DNA of 63,584 nucleotides, the filler included, from Stramenopiles sp. TOSAG23-2 (taxonomy: Eukaryota): assembly GCA_900128395.1 (NCBI GenBank). It is 15 parts of 15 records of this genome, joined end to end, with 100 filler letters (N's around TTAATTAATTAA, not from the genome) between each part and the next. Parts side by side here need not be neighbours in the genome. Positions count along the whole stretch, not along the records: positions 20,031 to 24,920 come from LT650790.1; positions 25,021 to 29,909 come from LT650791.1; positions 30,010 to 34,893 come from LT650792.1; 12 more parts are not named here. One strand, given 5' to 3'. The notes beneath the pieces are model-generated. The model did not search any database and had not been told where the DNA came from. It saw only the letters and a list, made by a program, of their open reading frames with translations. Shown here piece after piece: positions 21,493 through 31,036 of this stretch; the first letter of the stretch is position 1, and each line of letters starts with the position of its first letter. Position numbers and translations under genes: made by a program.

Positions 21493-21810
21493 CCAGTCAC
21501 CGATTTTCGGTACAAATTTTTAGTATACTTAAACAATATATTACCTGATCAAGATAAAAGTAAATCACCATTAGATATAGCAATTGAGATGCATCAACAT
21601 GCAAAAAGTGAATTATTGTTAAAGAGATATTTAAAAGATGCATTGCCAAAACATATTGGTCTTACATCAATTAGAAAATCTATGTTACAAATGGCTGAAC
21701 GCTTTCCAGATCTGTTACTGCATACATTAAAACATTCCGTTCGCCGAACACCTTCCCTGATGTGGGAGGTAGTTTTGTATTTTACCAGATTATATTGTTT
21801 GAAATTGTAG
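21493..21810 (+). pseudogene. Possible gene fragment or exon with an ankyrin-like SPLDIAIE motif
   Basis: The open frame upstream of ATG 21589 reads LPDQDKSKSPLDIAIEMHQHAKSELLLKRY. No clear start or continuation. Confidence 0.3.
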
Positions 21811-22157
21811 TTTAAGTTGGTCATACATACACATCATACATATGGACGTAATTAAATATAGACATTATGTAGTCAGTGATGCGAAATATTGTTGCATTGC
21901 GTGTAATAAGGGCGATGTACTAGTGCGGAAAGATCATGCGTATTATTTAAACGAACATAAATTTATAGTCGGATATCAAACTGTACTGCTACGATCCTTT
22001 TCTATTTGGTAAAAAAATACGAGTAATTTTTTTATGGAAATCAAGGAGATAGACGTTTTGACTATGTACAAATGGGCAATAGTATTTAATCTTACAAATA
22101 TCTGTGATATTACTGCTGGTGTGCATTAAATATATAAAATATAAATTTATGTGTTTT

Positions 22158-24920
22158 TTACTCTTCCTCTGCCGCCTCTTTCCCACCTCTACCACTAAAA
22201 GTATTATCTTGTGGATTTTCTTTTTTATCATACAATGAAAAAACGCGTGTTGGATGCGCTTCTGTATTAAAGACATATTTATTCAAATCAATACCATGCT
22301 TTGATAATGGCGTTTGGACGAGATATAAATATTTCAATGTTTCACCTAACCAAAAACTTTCCATACGATCATCCGGTCTTCGCCCCGTTTGTCGTACATC
22401 TGGCCATGCACCATAACCAAATTTTGTTTTACAATATTTATTAATTGCAACAAACATATCCCATGCCCATTCTTGATACATTGGGTTCCCAGTTATTTGA
22501 TATAAAACAAACATACTTTCCGCAGTTTCCGGCCTTAAAATGTAAAAAGGTGCTCTGCCAGCTGGCTGAAGATCACGACCACCAGGAAATTCAACATATT
22601 CTGGTGCAATGCCTGTTTTTGTACGACGATACATTTGGTAACATGTATATAACATAGCCTTTGCCAGCGTCATATCACGCTTAGCATTTGGACTGTCTGG
22701 TTTTGTATATGCACCTAATGCAAGTATACCGGGTAAAAAACAGACAAGATGATCCATCTTATGATGGATACGACCACCATCCCAATCCCCAACATATGCT
22801 AAATTGGATGGGGAGGAGCGTTTTAATAATTTTGCTGCCATCCCATTCATTGCTTTATCGTACATTTCTCGCAACCATGTCTCTTTTTTATCACCTTGTA
22901 ACCATGTTTTCAACAAATATTCAAAATACGAATCTCCAAGCGCACCAAATGTAACACGGTTTGATGTGAACGATCCTGTTTGAACAGATACATATATTGG
23001 TGCCAATCCATCTTCCAATGCATTTCGATCTTTAATAGTTCGAAATACTTTAGTTGCTGCATCCCCATATTCTTTTACCCCCGTCGCTTTGGACAAGTAT
23101 CTAAATTCCAATTGCAACGTCCCGACTTCAGATAAAATGGCTGCACTGCCAGTCCACCCAGCATTTGCACTATGACCAGTAGCTAAATTGACTTGACCTT
23201 TTGGCAACCCAGATGAAGTACTAAATGCTTTATAAAGCCGTTTGCCTAAATCATGGGCTTTGTCCAAAAATAATTGATTCCCTGAAAAATCATATGCAGA
23301 ATTTAAGCCACCCAAGGCACGAATGGTAGTTTCAAATGTGGATACCATGCGATTTTTATTGAAATTTAAATTATTCCTAACCCATTCCGTTGCATCATCG
23401 AATTCTTCTCGTAATCCCATTAACCACAACGTATCTAATGAATCTAACAATGTCATCCCCATTCCACCCCAATTTTCACTCCTTGATCCAGAAACTGGTT
23501 TTATCTCATCAGCACCCCATGCTTTCAATTTATAATTTCTCCAGCAATGTTGCATAGCAGCTTTTACTGCATTTGAACGTTCGCCACTGCTCAAGGTCAG
23601 TAATTCTGACATTAAATCTTCATTTTTCAAATCAAAAGAATAGGATCCACTAGCTAATACGGATGCATCCCAACCCATTGCAACTTGAATTTTGCTGGTA
23701 AATTGACTATCTGCATTCACATTCACCGCCCCGTTTCCCCTACTACCCCCCAATAAAAGTCTTGAAGGCAATGTTGCAACCCCATTTTTTTTATTCTCAG
23801 ACGAATCTTTAACAATTTTAAATAATTTTCGATTCTTTCTTCCAATAGCATGGTGGTAATCCAACATATATAAACCTTCGAGATAATTTTCATCACCTTT
23901 TAAAACAATATCTCCTGTCAATAACTTGCTTAATGAATTGGATGTCCTCATCGTATGACTCCATACAGATATTTCACTTACGTTTCCAATAAATCCATGT
24001 TGATTATCGCAATGTGCACCAACTCGTAATGGATAATGTGATTTCACATTTCGTCGATGTGGCAATTGCATTGTTATTTTTAATTGTTTATCGATATATG
24101 CACTGTACGTAATGGTATCATCATCTTGATTTACATCAACAATTAATGCAATGTGTATCCATTTCCCATATTTTAATGCACCAGGACCGGATGATTTATG
24201 ATGACATGGTTTTTCATCATCCCCAACATCTAATTCAAGTGCACGATCAGCGGTTTGCCAATGATTCGCATATAATGCAAAACCATATCGATCCGGATGG
24301 ATACTACAACCTGCTACCCTATTTGCAAAAAATGTTTTCATTCTTATATCTGTATTTGATGGTTCCAAACGAAACCAAGCAGCTATTGAATAACTTGCAC
24401 CCAATGCATCGCGATCGCGAAATGTTAAACCCTTTAAATCAATATAATTTTCACCACTCATTCGAAATGAATGCGCACGTAAAGATTTTGTATCCTGTAC
24501 CGGATCTCTAATCTGGCCTTCTGAAACTTTGCCATCAACATTTTCTTTAGAATTATATTTATCAATATGTCCACTTTTAAATTTTTTCATTTTACCTTTC
24601 ATTTTAGTAATCATATTTCGTTTTGCTATTTGATTTGATTCATCGTCATCATTAGCATCTTGATTGTTGTTGTTATTATCATTACTGTTACTTAATTCAC
24701 GTTGTTTCTGTGTTTGTGCATTTTGTATTTCACTTAGAACGTGGTTTTCCACTTCCATAATTTTATTGACTTTATTACCAAATTCGTTAAATACATGTTG
24801 TGCACTTTTGATTTTTTCTGATACAGTCAATTTACTATATGAATGTTTAGCATGTGGTTGACTTGGATGATTGATAAAGTGGGTATAACCAATGAAAAGT
24901 CCAGCAAGAAACAAGCATGC
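22158..24920 (-). CDS. Class I alpha-1,2-mannosidase (GH47) with N-terminal LamG/ConA-like domain; 5'-truncated
   Basis: GH47 motifs WGADEIKP, LDSLDTLWLMG, STFETTIRALGGL, QLEFRYLS, GALGDSYFEYLLK, LRPETAES, MESFWLGETLKY and FNTEAHP. LamG-like YSIAAWFR...WIHIAL...LRVGAH...GFIGNVSEISVW. Confidence 0.93.
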   Translation of the reverse strand, partial: ACLFLAGLFIGYTHFINHPSQPHAKHSYSKLTVSEKIKSAQHVFNEFGNKVNKIMEVENHVLSEIQNAQTQKQRELSNSNDNNNNNQDANDDDESNQIAKRNMITKMKGKMKKFKSGHIDKYNSKENVDGKVSEGQIRDPVQDTKSLRAHSFRMSGENYIDLKGLTFRDRDALGASYSIAAWFRLEPSNTDIRMKTFFANRVAGCSIHPDRYGFALYANHWQTADRALELDVGDDEKPCHHKSSGPGALKYGKWIHIALIVDVNQDDDTITYSAYIDKQLKITMQLPHRRNVKSHYPLRVGAHCDNQHGFIGNVSEISVWSHTMRTSNSLSKLLTGDIVLKGDENYLEGLYMLDYHHAIGRKNRKLFKIVKDSSENKKNGVATLPSRLLLGGSRGNGAVNVNADSQFTSKIQVAMGWDASVLASGSYSFDLKNEDLMSELLTLSSGERSNAVKAAMQHCWRNYKLKAWGADEIKPVSGSRSENWGGMGMTLLDSLDTLWLMGLREEFDDATEWVRNNLNFNKNRMVSTFETTIRALGGLNSAYDFSGNQLFLDKAHDLGKRLYKAFSTSSGLPKGQVNLATGHSANAGWTGSAAILSEVGTLQLEFRYLSKATGVKEYGDAATKVFRTIKDRNALEDGLAPIYVSVQTGSFTSNRVTFGALGDSYFEYLLKTWLQGDKKETWLREMYDKAMNGMAAKLLKRSSPSNLAYVGDWDGGRIHHKMDHLVCFLPGILALGAYTKPDSPNAKRDMTLAKAMLYTCYQMYRRTKTGIAPEYVEFPGGRDLQPAGRAPFYILRPETAESMFVLYQITGNPMYQEWAWDMFVAINKYCKTKFGYGAWPDVRQTGRRPDDRMESFWLGETLKYLYLVQTPLSKHGIDLNKYVFNTEAHPTRVFSLYDKKENPQDNTFSGRGGKEAAEEE

Positions 24921-25144
24921 NNNNNNNNNNNNNNNNNNNNNNNNNNNNNNNNNNNNNNNNNNNNTTAATTAATTAANNNNNNNNNNNNNNNNNNNNNNNN
25001 NNNNNNNNNNNNNNNNNNNNCGAATAACCAGTCCTGTGTACCTGTTAATCCGGTAGTCGGTAGGAAAATATCATACAGATAAGTACAATAATTAGTAGTC
25101 TAAATAAGAATCACCATATTCAAGAGAAATTTTAAAATGAGGAC

Positions 25145-25174
25145 AATTTAGGCACAGAATTCTGTGCCTAATTT
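25145..25174. other. Palindrome TTAGGCACAG-AATT-CTGTGCCTAA downstream of the recombinase; candidate recombinase site
   Basis: Perfect 24-bp palindrome at 25148-25171. The same arms recur at 27936-27966, 28241-28273 and 28356-28388. Confidence 0.55.
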
Positions 25175-25314
25175 TGAATTTTACATCGGTGTACTTGGTA
25201 GTATATAAATTATGAATTTAGTATGGTAATATGATGGGGGAGTATTTTAATTTTTAATATGTTAAAAAAACTTCCACTAAATAAAAAATAAATATCATAC
25301 ACTTAAAAACTCTT

Positions 25315-27594
25315 TTATGAGTCAACAGGATCATCAACACTCATCGGACCAGTTCCATTAAAATCTACATTACGCTCTTGCTCCAAATATGCACGTATTT
25401 CACCTAGTTGTTCTCCTGTTGGTGTACGTACATTAGCCCTTGTTGTCCAATTATTAATAGAGGCACTAGGAGCAGGAACACTACTACTACCTGTAGTAGT
25501 AGTAGTAGCATTTGTAACAACATATGGGCTCATCCTACGCCGAACTGTGGAAATTGACAATTCTGCTACAGGTTTTGATTTATACCTTTTTGCCGTTTTT
25601 GCAATGTACTTACCATTGTTGGCATTACCAACTATGCCTGTACTGCCTACTTCAAAGTATTCATCAGCTTTGTGAACATTTGCCACATTTGTGACAATGT
25701 TACGGCCAGAAAAATCACGTTTAAAGTTCACATTTGGGTGAACTTTTAGCACCTCTTTTTCTACGCGTAACATTACCTTTTTGTAGCTACGGAATGCTGC
25801 CCTGCATGTTTTACTGTTAAATTCACTGCCTCTAAGTAATTGAAATGGTGGCACCTTCTTAGCTGGATCACCAAATAACCAGTAACTCCATCCTGTTTGA
25901 AATTTTACCGCAGGCATTTTGTAGTTGATAGGAAGAGGAGACCGTAGTTGAAGAGTAGAAGAAGAAGGTGATCTTGAAGTTGATGATTTCATCAAACTTA
26001 CTAATTGATCGAATCTTCTTTCTAACCCTTGGAAACGTTGTGTGGTCCAACGTTTTGTAACAGTTGGTTGGCCTATCCCATACTCTTCAAATGCTTTTGT
26101 GATTGCATTTTTTACATCAATGTCCAGTTTATTTACCTTTTTCAAGACAGCGACATGTGGTGGTAATCCTGTAGCATTGACAATTTGTGGTGATGAGTAC
26201 ATATCATCATTTAATGCTAATTTCAAACGCGGTAAAATTGTTGGATCTCTAAAAAGAAGATTTTGGAATATTTTGCTATTTGCAGGGCATAGCTGTTGTA
26301 TTTTCTCAGCATGAGAAACCACTGAAGCCAATGCTTTAGATAATACACCTTTAAAACGAGCACCAACTTTATTAATAATTCCAGAAAAAACAATATCTAT
26401 TTTTTCAAGAACGTAGTCTTCGTCCTTAATAAAATGAGAAGGTAAAACACTGAACTCTTCACTCATTACTGGTAGTCCTACTATTAACCTTCCAAGATAT
26501 GCATCTTGTGCACCACCAACTGCAGCTTTCACGAAATAACGATCTTTTACGTTGCCCAAGCTATGATCTGCTCGCATACATGTTGCAGCAAAGCTTGGGC
26601 ATTGGGTCGTCCCGCTTTGGGAGTAAGTCCAACCACCTTTCCTTAGACTATGCGACCCTAAGTATTCCCAGTTTGTCCAGCCGAGCTGTTTCCCGGCCAT
26701 TTGCAACGCTGTTGTGAAATGTTTATCCTCATAATTTCCGGGGAACAGCTCTACACCACTTAAATTGTGTGTTAATAAGTATAATCCCAATGATGTTATT
26801 GGGCACACAGCAAATGTTAATGGGTTGGCAAATACTCGTTTGGAAAAGTCATCGGTTGCTGAATCTTTTCCTCTACTCATCTTTGTAGATGTAAAAACAA
26901 TATCCAAATGATCGCGTATCCACTTCATACGAGTAGTAGTTAAACCATTTAGTTGATTTACTCGACACATTAGATTCCATTCAAACGTACTCATAACTAC
27001 ATGTTTATAATCTCCTTTTTTTAAGAAATAATAACATAACTTACAATATTCCTCATAAGTTATTCCTTCTCTGTCGAATCTGACTCGTTTTCCATTTTTC
27101 TCATCAATTTTTTGTATTCTTGTTATCCCCCCAATAATCAGACCCATTAGCTCATCAAACTCTTCAAGACCCTTCACCTTCTGCCATGCGAATATTTTCT
27201 TGAATGCACTGCGATACCCACCGTAATATTCTTTCGTGTAATTGGTACCATCTTCTTTTAACTTAGAACCAAAAAATAATTCAATTGCCTCATACCCGCT
27301 AAGCTTTAGCTTTGCAAGATTAAATTGGCATGCAATTTTTTTCGTATCTGGTAACTTCAATTTTTTTTGTAATGTGTTGGCTTGCCTCTCTGTAAGTAGA
27401 ACAGACGGGTCGTTGTTGGTGCAAAACTCATGAAATTCTTTAATTTTCCGTGTGTACCCGTATAAGCTTGACGCTCCCACGTCTGCGTTTTTCCAAGTTA
27501 GGATTCTAGCTCGAACAACAGCTCTGTTGGTTATTTGCCTTGTATTACGAGATTTTCTTTTCTTTGTTCTTGTTTTTTTTGTTGCATTTACCAT
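25315..27594 (-). mobile_element. Crypton-type DNA transposon tyrosine recombinase (CryptonS/F-like), intact 759-aa ORF
   Basis: The tyrosine-recombinase R..HxxR..H..Y pattern is present: WNLMCRVN, GSHSLRKGG, RADHSLGNVKDRY. It is followed by a helical linker and a C-terminal P..YKMP..GWSYWLFGD..VPPFQLL domain like that of oomycete/diatom Crypton proteins. Element termini are not resolved. Confidence 0.85.
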
Positions 27595-27797
27595 GGTTCC
27601 TTTTTGTTTCCTTTCTTGCTTTTACTTTCTTACTTTTCCTTTCTTCGTTTCGCTCTTTCTATCTATCTATGTCTACATTTCTTTGTTCTTGTTTTTTTTG
27701 TTGCATTTACCATGGTTCCTTTTTGTTTCCTTTCTTGCTTTTACTTTCTTACTTTTCCTTTCTTCGTTTCGCTCTTTCTATCTATCTATGTCTACAA
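27559..27797. repeat. ~119-bp tandem duplication covering the recombinase start codon and 5'UTR
   Basis: The block containing CATGGTTCC (MVNATKKTRTK on the minus strand) occurs twice. Confidence 0.9.
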
Positions 27798-27935
27798 TAA
27801 TAATAATAATAATTATAATATATAATTATGACAGACGAAATAAATCATGATGCCCTCTTTTTTTACATTTGTTATAAGGTTAGTCTTAGGGTATTGTATA
27901 GTTAATATTAGGGTTATAATGCTATCTTCATGCTT

Positions 27936-28471
27936 TGAATTTAGGCACAGTCCCTGCCTAAATTAGAAAAAATTTTCACATTATATTAATGCTATCCCAT
28001 GCTAGCCTATCAACAAAAAGAGGTGAATAGAGTTAGCAAAATAACTAATCAAGCCTGTGTCATTGTAGCTACCCTAATAAAACTTTATAATGGATAACAA
28101 TGGGAAATTTGACTTGTAATGCTATTTCATGGACCGCTTTGATAGGAAAAAAACAGAGATTTATAAAAAAATGAAAGCTTCCTATATCACACTAACAGAA
28201 AATTGTACTTATTTCAATATAACAAAAAAAATCACGTTTTTGACTTTTGGGCAGGAAAACCTGCCTAATTTCAAATAGCAGGCAATAAGCTTAGGATTGA
28301 TTTTAGGTAACAGAAAATTGTACTTATTTCAATATAACAAAAAAAATCACGTTTTTGACTTTCAGGCACAAAACTGTGCCTAAATTCAAATAGCAGGCAA
28401 TAAGCTTAGGATTGATTTTAGTCGTATTCACCTGTTAGAGCTAAATTTTGATGTTTCAGTGTGCCTAAATC
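27936..28471. repeat. Cluster of TGAATTTAGGCA-N7-8-TGCCTAAATTCA-like palindromes, two of them inside a 115-bp tandem repeat (28193-28306 / 28308-28421)
   Basis: Sites at 27936-27966, 28241-28273 and 28356-28388, plus a half site GTGCCTAAAT at 28461. Confidence 0.75.
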
Positions 28472-28562
28472 TTCTAGATTTAGCGATTTTTAAGAATTAT
28501 CCTGGTTAGCCATTAGGGTTAGGAGCAAAATGCCGTCAATTTTCATCAAAAAACCGTTAGGC

Positions 28563-28822
28563 ATAATAAATTAATAAACGTTAGGATATATCTTAAATAC
28601 TAAATACATTCATGTAAAGCAAATGGAACATATACTGTAAATTTAAAAAACACTGACGGATGAATACAAAAAAAAAAAAAACAGAGGCATAATTCTAAAT
28701 AATAAATTAATAAACGTTAGGATATAGGATATATCTTAAATACTAAATACATTCATGTAAAGCAAATGGAACATATACTGTAAATTTAAAAAACACTGAC
28801 GGATGAATACAAAAAAAAAAAA
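28563..28822. repeat. ~120-bp direct duplication (28563-28680 / ~28699-28822)
   Basis: ATAATAAATTAATAAACGTTAGGATA...CTGACGGATGAATACAAAAAAAA occurs twice. Confidence 0.85.
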
Positions 28823-28864
28823 CAACAGAAAATATCATCCCCAGACTGTACACACCATTGTACC

Positions 28865-29698
28865 ATGTATTTCAATCCAAATGATTATAAAGTAAGTGAT
28901 CAATATGATGATCTATCATCAACTACGAATATTATTAATAATCAACAATTTATCACACAAACAATACAAGATATGGAAAATTTCAAAGCAAAATCGAAAT
29001 CACCAAATATTACAAGGCAATTGTTATTCATTGATGATCCTAATGATGATGATGGTGCTAACAATATCAATATACATGATAAACAACGTGTGCATAATGC
29101 AAATATATACAATCCAACAAATACAAATATCAATGTAATCGTGAAAACACGACAAAGACCTGTATCTGCTGCACCAACACGTTCGAAACCATCCACATTA
29201 TCAAATAAAACAAAAGCATATTATTGGAATCATAAATATGAAGAAGAGCAAAAACAACAACAACAAATGATGCATGATAAAGAAAATACAACAACAAATA
29301 ATATTAATATACCGAAATTAAATTTATCTAAGAATAAACAACAAAAACAACGACGACGACGCCCGCAATCAGCAGCTGTAACAAGAAATATCAAGAAACA
29401 CAAAAGTAAAAAACATTTATTAGGTAATTTATCTAAGAATAAACAACAAAAACAACGACGACGACGCCCGCAATCAGCAGTTGTAACAAGAAGTAGAGAA
29501 GAAATGTTAGGACCAAACCACCAATACACACTAAACACAAAAGGTAATTTAGGCCATTGTTTAATGTTAAATAACAATCCATTAGGACGTGAAATGGTTC
29601 TCGATGCATTTAATAAATTACAAGAAGGTCCAAATGGCATTAAAGCATCCCATCCATGGTATACAAAATTTACTAAAATTTTAAACGGGGAAGCATAG
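28865..29698 (+). CDS. Low-complexity basic protein with RPxSA motifs; function unknown
   Basis: 277-aa ORF with RPVSAA, RPQSAA and RPQSAV. Internal in-frame duplication 29321-29387 / 29426-29492. Confidence 0.7.
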   Translation: MYFNPNDYKVSDQYDDLSSTTNIINNQQFITQTIQDMENFKAKSKSPNITRQLLFIDDPNDDDGANNINIHDKQRVHNANIYNPTNTNINVIVKTRQRPVSAAPTRSKPSTLSNKTKAYYWNHKYEEEQKQQQQMMHDKENTTTNNINIPKLNLSKNKQQKQRRRRPQSAAVTRNIKKHKSKKHLLGNLSKNKQQKQRRRRPQSAVVTRSREEMLGPNHQYTLNTKGNLGHCLMLNNNPLGREMVLDAFNKLQEGPNGIKASHPWYTKFTKILNGEA

Positions 29699-29823
29699 AT
29701 ATGAATGATTTGGTATTTGTTCGGTTATTGACATTTATATTAAGGTATTGTGAAATATGTTTTTTTATAAAGTATAAAGTATATCTAAAATGTTATAATT
29801 ATCATAATATAAATATGATATAT

Positions 29824-29909
29824 TGGTTAAAATCTAAGTTATAATATTTTTACACTTCTCGTGTTAAAGTAATATGCTCAATACTCAATCGCAAGAATAA
29901 TATGTTATC
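29824..29909 (+). repeat. Dispersed repeat end shared with 63026-63111
   Basis: 86 bp with one visible mismatch, on two different contigs. This copy runs into the contig end. Confidence 0.88.
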
Positions 29910-30009
29910 NNNNNNNNNNNNNNNNNNNNNNNNNNNNNNNNNNNNNNNNNNNNTTAATTAATTAANNNNNNNNNNNNNNNNNNNNNNNNNNNNNNNNNNN
30001 NNNNNNNNN

Positions 30010-30561
30010 TTGCGTAATATTTTCTGAAAGTTGCATACAGTCTGTCATCGTAAGTAAATTCCTGCCAAGCTTACAAAGCATCAACATTTTTTTCATCCCG
30101 GATGGATTTGATACGAGGTATCCATAATTTTTAACTGCTACCATGAGATTAACTCTCCTACTCAGCATACCGTCAAATAAAATATTTAACTTTTGTGCCT
30201 TTTGTTGCACAAGTAGTGTTTCAATTAGTTGTAGTTGGTTACTTGTTGTGCAAGCCAATATCCAATTTCTATTTTCTCCAAATAATATCATACCGTCAGT
30301 ATCAATAGAAGATTCGAATTGAAATTCTTCATTTATCAATGAATTTAATTTTTTTCTAGTTATGTAATATTCAATATTTTCCAAGTCAATTGTTCCATTT
30401 ATTTTCTTAGAAGTATCTTCATTTTGATAATGTAAACAATTATTAGCGAAGAAGAAAAATCTTCGCTTAAGGCCAGTATTTAGTAAAGCTGTTTTCTTGC
30501 CAGATTTAAACAAGTATCCAATTGGCACAAAATCTTTTGCTCTCACCATAAACGAATCCAT
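30010..30561 (-). CDS. PH-domain protein, 3'-truncated by the contig end
   Basis: GYLFKSGKK...LKRRFFFF.NNCLHY...GTIDL...RNWILAC matches a PH-fold pattern. Confidence 0.7.
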
Positions 30562-31036
30562 TTTCCCGTTTTACTATCTTTAATGTACTTTATTTATATT
30601 TATGTAGTATGATACTTATATTTTAATCAGATGGTAAGTTATAAAAAATATATGTACTCTGTTAATGTATATATACTCTGTATGCACGTATGTATATAGC
30701 AACTATACCACCAGGTGGTATGTGAGATATATTAATATTTTTACCAGGTAGGCTGTAGGCTGGTAGGCACGTAGTCTAGCACTATTTTACTGCAAGGAAA
30801 ATCTATGGTGCCAGAGTAACGTAAAATGGCCATTTTTTTAAGGGGTCACATAATACCGGTAGAGCTACGCTCGTACCACGTAGCGACTAAAAACGAACTA
30901 GGCCGCTGGTATTATAGTATTGTGTAATAAATATAATATAGTATACTGTACGATAAATCGATAAATACAATAGTCCTCGTAACACAAGAGTAAAAATATA
31001 TACACTTGCGCACACAAATTATTTGTTTTTAAGATC

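Noticed and set aside
27874-28525. Scattered TTAGGG/CCCTAA words upstream of the Crypton ORF as telomere or telo-box signals
   Set aside because: Only about four isolated hexamers and no tandem array, so this cannot be distinguished from chance.
30705-30721. Palindrome ATACCACC-A-GGTGGTAT upstream of the PH-domain gene
   Set aside because: A single short occurrence, compatible with chance.
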